Positions 42,105-51,300 of a DNA stretch of 64,000 bases are shown piece after piece (position 1 is the first letter of the stretch; every line of letters begins with the position of its first letter). Made by a program: the position numbers and the translations under genes. The notes beneath the pieces were generated by a model, which saw only the letters and a list, made by a program, of their open reading frames with translations, was not told the DNA's origin and ran no database searches. The DNA comes from Chrysomallon squamiferum (Eukaryota > Animalia > Mollusca): the NCBI GenBank assembly GCA_012295275.1, contig CM022667.1, forward strand, positions 4,464,001-4,528,000, written 5' to 3'.

Positions 42105-43898
42105 AAAAACAAAACAAAAAAAGAACGAAACCTATAACCAATTCAAAGTTTTGAGAATTTTATTCTTTTTGTTGCTCTTCTCGATGTAAAATATTACACA
42201 CTTTCTAATGCAGCCTCGCTATGATCTTTTTTAGCTTTTGATCCATTGCCCGAAGCGGGCGCCCCAGAATGTGGATAATTAAATAAAAACTGTTCCCCGC
42301 AAAGCGTATTTCATGTACAAAATACAAACTTTGATTGTAATGAAGTCTGATGTATTTCCCCGGGGCTAACGTACCCTTCTCTGTAAACGGAGTTTTAGTG
42401 AAAGCTCGTCTTAACGTTTCGTCCATTTTGTGATTACCAAGAGAGAGATTTTGTACAAAAAAAAAAACAACCTATAATGAGACATGCACGAATGAAACAC
42501 AACACCTCGTTCGGATGTGTGGCCCGAGGCTACGTGTACAAATGAAAGAGTGCCTGGCCAGGGGCGGGTAATCGGATTTCAAATATACTCCACACGACAG
42601 GAATATAAACAGGTCGAGTGCGCTCTGCTGAATGTGAAATGTTTTAACCCTTTCAACGTCAGCGTGCATGTATACAAATAAATAATAACGTTTATACGGT
42701 GAAAAATTTCATTCTTTCTTTATTTTTTAAGCTAAAAGAGAAATAAATATAATATTAGATTATGAAATTAACGTGCGAAATGACTCACATAAGACGAAAT
42801 GTGATAGCCAAAGACGCACACATATGCATGGATATATATGCATGCAAACACACCTATATACATACATACATATATACACACATATAAACAAACATATATG
42901 TATACCTACAGAAAACTGAAGCGTGTTAATACTTATAAGACATTATGAGGACCCTTTGTAAAGATGCTCGCACATTCACGCACGCACGCACGCACGCACA
43001 AACTGACACATACATACATACATTATATGCATTGAAAGTTGAAGAATGTGAAAAACATTATTAGTTACAAAGAAGAAAGTTTTCAGTGATCTTGCGTTCC
43101 TCTGGTTAGTAGCGGCTTCTGAGATTAGAACCCATATTCTTTAAGTATGTATTTTCTTTGCTTTTTACCTATCGGTATAAAAACAAACAACAATTAACAT
43201 TCGGTTTTTTTTATTTTTATTTTATTTTTATTTTATTTTTTTTTTTTGTATTTTCACACAGATTTTCGGACTCGAAGCTGGCCAGAATGTTCAACGGCAA
43301 CGTGCCCATCGTTCTAGACAGTCTCAAGCAGCATTACTTCATCGACCGCGACGGCAAAATGTTCCGCTACGTCCTCAACTACCTGCGCTGTCAGAGGGTC
43401 ATGCTTCCCGAGCAGTTCTCCGACTTCGACCAGCTCTACGAGGAGGCCAAGTACTACGAGCTGTCCGGCATGATGCGCGACATCGAGAACATCCGAAAGA
43501 ACAAGCAGAACGTGGCAACGTCCACGTCGTCGGTGCTGAAGACTACGAAAGAAATCAAAACCGAACCGACGTCGTCCGAATTCTGCGACTGCATCGCCGT
43601 GAGCATCAGCCCGGACCTGGGAGAGAGAATCTCGCTGAGTGCGGAGCGCTCGCTCATCGAGGAAGTCTTTCCCGAGCTGTCGTCTGCTCTCGTGGACACG
43701 CGCAATTCGGGCTGGAACATGGAGAATCACTTCGTCATTCGGTTTCCGTTGAACGGCTTCTGCAAACTGAATTCCGTTCAGGTGATACAGAGACTTCTAA
43801 ACCACAGCTTTCAGATCATAGCATCGACAGGGGGAGGAGTCGAGGGTCAACAGTTCAGCGAATATCTCTTTTCTAGGAACTGTCGAGCACTCCGATAA
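39423..43898 (+). CDS. KCTD15: BTB/POZ protein of the KCTD1/KCTD15 (Drosophila Tiwaz) class, 2 coding exons, ~267 aa
   Basis: Exon 39423-39589 (MSSPVTSRP...[23 protein letters not shown]) and exon 43262-43898 ([42 protein letters not shown]...[11 protein letters not shown]...[24 protein letters not shown]...[13 protein letters not shown]), joined in phase 2. Likely the single pro-orthologue of vertebrate KCTD1 and KCTD15. Confidence 0.93.
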
Positions 43899-44377
43899 AA
43901 AAAAAAAAAAATGTGTGATTTTTTTTGTTTTTTTAAAACTCAAGACTTTCTGCATCGCCAGAAAAAAAAAAAAAAAAAATCTATTTGGTCCCATGAAACA
44001 ATTTACTGATAATCATTTGTCGATTATTTTTCTTCTTTGATTGTCATAGAAGACTGACGATATCTGTGATAAATTCTAATTTTTTTTTTTTTTTTTTTAC
44101 TCTGTTTTTCTTTCTTTTTCATTTCTGAATTGCCTGATTACACTGAAGTCATTAATAACCAAATTCGTAAATGGATAAAATGTATAGTTATTTAGAACAA
44201 TACTGGATAGAGAACTGACAATATATATATATGTACTACAAAGATCTGTGTATATTTTAACATCAAGTGCTTTGTGGAGTTTAATAGATACATTTATGAA
44301 AACAGTTCTATTTAAGCTTGTTTCATGATATACACATATTATGAACTACCATTTGCTGTGACTTATTATAAACTATT

Positions 44378-44419
<42 letters not shown>

Positions 44420-46461
44420 ATTATTTTTACTTCTTCTTTTTTATTGTTTTCTTTCTTTTATCTTTCTTATTATTTTTTTTTTTTTACTTTTCTTTTCTTT
44501 TTTCTTTTTTAATTAATTGTGTTCTTTTCGTCGGAAATACTGTGTTTTACCAAAAATATAAATAAATATAAATATAAAAATAAATAATCTCTATCTTCAT
44601 TTGAGTTGTTTTAACGTGAAAATAAAAATTTAACTAACGTTATAACAATGTTGCAGTCTTTATTTTCCATAACATGGAAGACGCTTGAAGTTCAGAAAAC
44701 GTGTCGATGTTTAGGGTGTTATTTTATTTATTTTATTTTATTAATTATTTTTTCTTATTTATTATTTTTTAAATTTATTTTTATTTATTTGTCCATGATT
44801 CTTTATTTTTATATTTTTTAATTGGTTTTATCTGTAAGTTGAAACTGTATTCGTAGAAGAACGTTCGTAACTGCGTTCGTAACTGCGTTCGTAAACAAAA
44901 TGTAAGAAAAGATTCAAACGAAACAAAAATAACCAAAACCTAGTTTAATACAACACGGCTTAGATAGTATGGCGTAACCACACAATACTGATTCTAAATT
45001 TTAATGAAACATGAAAAGGACATCTCTAAGCTACGCGTGTTTTAGTAATAGTTTTATAACTCTGTGACGTTCTGTATTAAATTTGAAACATAGATCAAAG
45101 TAGATGTACGACAAATATCAAATTTTATACATTAAAAAAAAAAAATCTTTACAAAGAGCGTAATTATAACGTTGGTTATAGATATGTATTTTTTTTAGGA
45201 GGGATTGGATATACAGGTATGTTTAAAGAAAAACATCTTGGCATTACGCAGAACTGGCAGATTACAAAAATGTTGTCAGTATTACATAAAACTGTAAATT
45301 GATTTCAGATATTCGGTAAAACACTGTATTAAAACAACAAGTTCGTATAATTACGCGAAGGAAACGAAAATATTTCAAAATGTTAAAATTATTAACGATA
45401 CTATTGAAAATATATTTAAATAAAATTCTCTTAATTAATACGTGCAAATATTTTTTTCTTCTTCTTCTTTATTAGTGTATGTGTATACATATAATGCAAA
45501 TTCATCTAATACTACATATAAATGTAGATTTTAAAATGTAATTATTTATATGTGTATCTACAATCTATCTGTTGGCTCTAGTTTGTCATCTTTACATCTA
45601 CCATTAAGCATTTTCATGTTGATATAAATGGATTTATATAGTTATTACTAGTGATACGAACACAGATGTGGATAATAATAATAAATGCATAATAAAGAAA
45701 GATAAAGAAGAGGAAAATAAATAATACCAATTAAATGATGATTATTATTTTTTTTTTTATTTTTTTTTATTTTTTTTTAGTGTGTATGTGTATGTGTGTG
45801 TGGTTGTTACTATCATAACTTTGAAATGTTATGTCCAAAGAAATTATTCCGAACTATTATTGAATTTTACTTTCTTATCGTAACGGGTCTTACTTTTCAC
45901 GTTCATTTATTTATTTATTTACTTGGTTATACTTTTTTCTAAATTTAATTATTTTTATTTTATCGTATTATGGGATAGATGATACGAGTTAAGGCAAAAA
46001 CTGAAGTCACATTAAAGGCTTTAACGAGTTAGATTTATTTTTAGAGAGTTGTTTCCCTTGCAGCTAGCAGACATAATCGTAGTTAGAACAATTTGGTATG
46101 TTTTACAAAAAAGAGATATCTTTAACAATAAAAATTCTACTTTTTTTTCCATCACCATTTCTTCTACTGCTAACAGCTAACAACAACAATTGTGACAGAC
46201 GTGCAACTACCGAAAATGTAGTCAGCAGAACTAGGAAATAGTTAGTCCCTTCTGTAGTCTCTGTAAATGTTTCCACGTCGAATTTTATTTACTCTCTCAT
46301 TGCTCTTTAAAACAACAATAATAATGATGATGATGATGATGATGATGATGATGTTGTTACTTTCACTATCACAAAGTATTGTTTAAATTATTTGATATTT
46401 TAATTACATCAATGAGTGAAAAGGAAAAGAATTTTATTTACATTGCACTATATTTCTAACA

Positions 46462-46965
46462 TACAGGTACCGGACCAATTATCCGGACACCTTGGGGTGC
46501 GAGGCATCCCGGATTTCTGGTACCAAGGCATCTAAATACGTAAATAATTAGGCATAAACATTTTAAAATTAAGAACATAAAGAAAATTGACGATACACAA
46601 CTATGGCGACTTGACATGTAAACAATGCGGCGAGTGAATGAACGCCACGCGGCTCGAAAGTGTAGTTCCGGTCTGGTGAGGACAACACCCGCGCGCGTTA
46701 AGTATACAAATAGCGCCAGGGAAAAAACGTCCGGTTTTCTGGTGTTTCCTGTACTATTACCATGATTAAAGTGAGAAGAAACTATTTCCGCCCGAGATGA
46801 CTTTAGATTACAAACACAATTCCCTAAGTACAAAAGCCATTTGTTTATATTTAAAATGATCCTGGAGCACTGGCGTTGATAAGACGTGTTGCTATTGGCT
46901 TTTTCGGGTTATTTTATAACGGGTTAGGTTTTTTTTCATGAGAAATTGTTATTGAAGGTACTGTT
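46462..46965. mobile_element. CpG-rich element whose left end resembles a pogo/Tigger-like (Tc1-mariner) non-autonomous DNA transposon end
   Basis: Starts TA-CAGGTAC...ATTATCCGGACAC...CCGGAT with an imperfect palindrome at 46466-46524. Only a degenerate candidate right end (GGTACTG near 46957-46963). No transposase. Confidence 0.35.
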
Positions 46966-48164
46966 TCAATCTTTAATTTTTTTTTTAAAGTTATTTAACA
47001 GTATTTAAATAATGGATTATTATTCAAATTTATTATTTTGTTTTGATGTTTATGATGTTCACTAAAATAAAGCTTCAAGATTTTTTATACATTTTTGTCC
47101 TCAATCTGTTTTCAAAAATATCACTGGTATTGTCTTGTATCACAAACTTGACAATTAAAAAAAATTATAATGATAAAAATTGAAAAACCATCGATTCAAT
47201 TCAAGCTACTGGAAATTTGCATTTTGTCATTTCAAAACATGTTACCAATGCACAAAATAGCTTATTCTGCTTCAATTTCCATTAAATAAAAAAAAAAAAA
47301 AAAAAGAAAAAAAAGAAGATAGATTTCAAATACCAATGCAGTGAAGTGAAAATTTCTGCAGATTAAAAAAAAAAAAAAAAAATGTATAAATTAACTATTT
47401 TGCAACATAATAAAGCAATTTAAATGAAGAAATTTAAGAATTATTATTAATGGTATATATCATTTACTGATTTAAATATGTTTAGTTTACTTTCATTTTT
47501 TAGGACAAGGGTGTACATTAAGAGTTTTACTGAGACCACAGCATGCAAATCTTTCTAAATGAATATTGTAACATCAGAGGGTTTCCAACTGGAATTTTTA
47601 CATAATGTTTGTAGGTGGTAAATCATTAAAGCTGATCACTGCAAATTTATTATAATCATTAAAAGTAAGACACACGTATTTAAATTCCTTTTTTAATGTG
47701 CTTGCTTCTTGTCCGTAGCCAAAAAATGAAAATACCAGAAAAGATTAACCAAATAAAAATGAAAGTCTTTTTTTTTTTTTACAAAATGATATCTTTATGA
47801 TGATCAAATGAACATAGTTAAAAACAAAAACAGGCAAGTGATATATTCTAGCACAAGTTTCTAATTTTTAACACCACACAATCACACTCATTTCCATCAT
47901 CCAATCATAAATCAAAGTTTTGTAAGGAGATGAAACGTTTTCATCATGAGAAATGAATTGTCAAACTTGTCTCTGAGAATGGTGCAGAAATGAATTATTT
48001 TAACACTGGCTGTATCCACAGTCATTTCACATAGCAGCTTCGCTAGTCACTTTTAACACAAACTCTGGTTTACAAATAATCATCCACAGGCATCACACAA
48101 TGTACAGTGTATCCTCTTTAACACATTTACTCCAGGAAAACCATTCAGCATTTTAAGAATCACT

Positions 48165-48352
48165 TCAATATCTTCCTGGTGGCGGAGGCCCTGAAAATAA
48201 AAATAAACAATAAAAATAAAATACATTAATAAAATATATAATGCAACAATAAAAATATGAATGAATATATAATCATCATGTTACAAATTAACAGATGTTT
48301 TATTTTTATTATACTAATCTATCACAGAGATTCTTATCAATGATCCTAGACT

Positions 48353-48396
<44 letters not shown>

Positions 48397-51300
48397 CATT
48401 GATAGAATTTTATCAGAACATAATTTATGCAGTAATTTAAACTTGTGCAAAATGATTTAAATTATAAAACAGAATTTTTTGGGTATCTTTATTGGAAAAT
48501 AAACATAACAAAAATATCTGCAAGTATTCTTAATTAAAAATAATAAAATTTAAACATTTATTAAAACTTTTGTTCCTGCACACACCCACACCCACACACA
48601 CAATGTGAATGAACAGTTACTTCAATATCATTACTTTTAAGATTACTTTGAAAAAAATGACAACAAAAACAATCTTGCAAGAGAATAATAAAAATGTGCA
48701 GCTTTGCAGTATGGTTGTAATTTTTCTAACCACGGCTTCCTGTTGTAATCACCAAATTGCTCTTAAATAATAGCACCTCCCCTCCTGAATGGGAGCCTGC
48801 GGCCGTTCACTACAACTTAATAAGCCTGCAATCACTGAAGCAGTCGCCCTCACTTTACACTGAAAACACCTGCCATGCCTAGTGGCTCTCGTCCTAATGT
48901 ACTTTTTAGCCCGCAGCACGCTTGGGCATTTCGTGTGAGTGGATAAGACGAGAGTAACAAGTTATTACTGGCTGTGGAGGGCCGCGGGCCTCGCAAAATG
49001 TCAAAATCAATACACACTTGATGAAAGCGTAATCAGAAAGGGCTCGAGGCTGCTGAGAAATGATGATTACTTCCCCTGGCCACGGAGATCAGAGCGAAAC
49101 TTTTGAAAAGATCAGACAACCATGTATATTTTGTTACATGAAAACTTAAGCCCGTATTGTCACAACTTCCCAATAAGTTCTTTTTTGTTCCCAGACCTCC
49201 CAGGCATTTCCTTCATATTTTTCTCCCTTCTATATTACAATTTTTTCTTCTTCTTTTTACCAGATTATTCAAATATTTTTCTTACAGCAGTGGATACTTT
49301 TTTTTTTTTTTTTCATCTTCTTTGTCTATTTTACAGTTCACCTGATTTTTAAATTGAAATTATAATTTTTTGGAGGGGGGGGGGAGAGGTGAAATAGTGT
49401 ATCTATGAAATAAGGTTACAAATGGTCAAAAGCAAACTCAAGAGATTTGCAAACAAATACTTTTAAATGATTTTTTTCATACAAAAAATTTCAAAGTTGC
49501 TTTGTAATTACTATTATGCAACAGGAAACAGTTAATAACTATGTCTATTTTTTGGTTTTATCTTTTTCAATCTTCTTCATTTGAGATTCATTTAACAAAC
49601 CAAACTGATGTTTGCTAATACTGAAATGTTACCCGAGATATATTTATTAATTTGTTTTAAACCAAGTTTGTCATGTATCAGAATCAAAGGGGTTTGTTAT
49701 CACTGCATGCAGTATTTTATCAAGGTGCAATGTACTAATGGAATATGTTGATTTTTGTCAATTTAATGAAAAAAAAAAAAAAATGAAAAAATAAAGAAAT
49801 TAAATAAATAAATACAGTTTTTAAATAATATATAATCCAAAAAAGAACAAAACAAAAACAAAAAAAGTGTGTGTGTGTGTGTCTATAGTCAAGTGATAAA
49901 TACACTTTATAAAAAAACTTGTAATTAAAAATTCTGCAAGTACTGTTGTAAATGAAAGTTTACCACCCAGTTTTTTTTTAATGAATTAGCCTAAACAAAC
50001 CAATGAAAATTGTTCCAACACCTTTCCATTAAAACTTCCTAGTAACAAAACAGTTTCATACTTCATATATTACATAATGAGAATACTGAAAACATGTATT
50101 CAGTCAAATCTGACCTCATCAAAGACACCATATCACTGTGATCGTTACATATCAGTTTTAACATTAAACAACAGGTAACTGGATTACTTGATAAATAAAG
50201 GCATCAGTGATTTAGTTAGGATCAAGATGATCAAGATGTTAACCAACTAAGCCTTGTAAGAACAGAGGTCATTTAATAAAATACATCAATTTATGCTGAG
50301 TAAATTTGATTAAATCAACACGAGATATTACACACAACTGCATGTAACTAATTAACCAATATGCGAATAAAGAAGGAACGAACTTGTGATCACTCAGAAA
50401 CACAACAAAAATGCAAAATATATATATATATATAGACAGATATGAATGAATAAGCCAGAAATCAGATAAACAATTCTTTTAGCAATGTAAATATATTCAA
50501 AGGGAAATAACTGCAATTACAACTTGGCAGAGTAAATAGAAGTAAATAAAGAGTTATTTATAACAGGCTTTCAGAAAACAATCTTTATACCACAAAATAA
50601 TTTTGTATATATTTTTTAATATTCATGAATGAAAGAAATGGTTATTTATCTCTCATTTTTTAAAATAAATTTTAATAACTAATATTTTTTAATATTTTAA
50701 CAAAACAAAAACATTATTCATAAAATTCACATTTGGAAAATAATCAGATTTATCAAATTTAAAACGTGTTAACATATTATCAACTTTTTAAAATGATGGT
50801 CATTTATCCACATTGCTTACACACACACACACACACACTGATTGATTAGTTATTTCAGTGACAATACATAAGATTTAGCTTATATTAAAATGAAACACTT
50901 CAACATTACATGGGAAAGTGAGGCATGTTGGACCAGCCATCACATCTTTGTTAAAGCAGCAGCTAATCATTTTATTTCTCTACTGAAAAGAACCTTTCAT
51001 CAAAATATGCTTTGTTTATGAGAGAAGGTTAAAATTTCTGCTATTTTATTTTAGGGGTACAAAGGGACTTCTGTAACTTCATCACATGTCATTATATCAT
51101 GTGTAACAAGATCCAGTAAACATAGTTGTATCATAATAATCAGCTGTCTTGAGTACCTGTGTTAACTCTTCTATGTTGTGTACATTATTATGCCAGTCAA
51201 ACTATAAAACTGGACCCTTAGAAAATGTAATTTGTAGCCCATCAAACCCAATTATTCATAGTTAAAAACAGGTTTAATGGTACTATTCACTTGTACACAA

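Noticed and set aside
43314-43730. Antisense ORFs of 138 and 88 aa over the KCTD exon
   Set aside because: Expected shadow of a GC3-rich coding exon; no independent splice or homology support.
46915-46932. GGGTTAGG as a telomere seed or telomerase template
   Set aside because: A single 8-nt match with no supporting pseudoknot or H/ACA structure nearby; compatible with chance.
48692-49125. RNase P/MRP, 7SK, U3, U17/snR30 or SECIS as the identity of the same element
   Set aside because: No CR-I/CR-V P4 motifs. The two GAUC words lack the 7SK 5' stem context. No U3 boxes. AACCAU resembles U17 m2, but m1 (AUAUUCCUA) is absent. The + strand ATGA..AAA..GA does not form a proper SECIS helix and is not in a + strand 3' UTR.
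48692-49260. Telomerase RNA as the identity of the structured SmB-intron element
   Set aside because: It has an H/ACA-like end and an extended 5' hairpin, but no CUAACCCU-type template for TTAGGG, no U-rich pseudoknot and no P6.1-like hairpin on the folding strand.
50095-50215. C/D box snoRNA in the SmB last intron
   Set aside because: UGAUGA and CUGA occur on the - strand, but there is no good 5' box C, terminal stem or recognisable rRNA guide.
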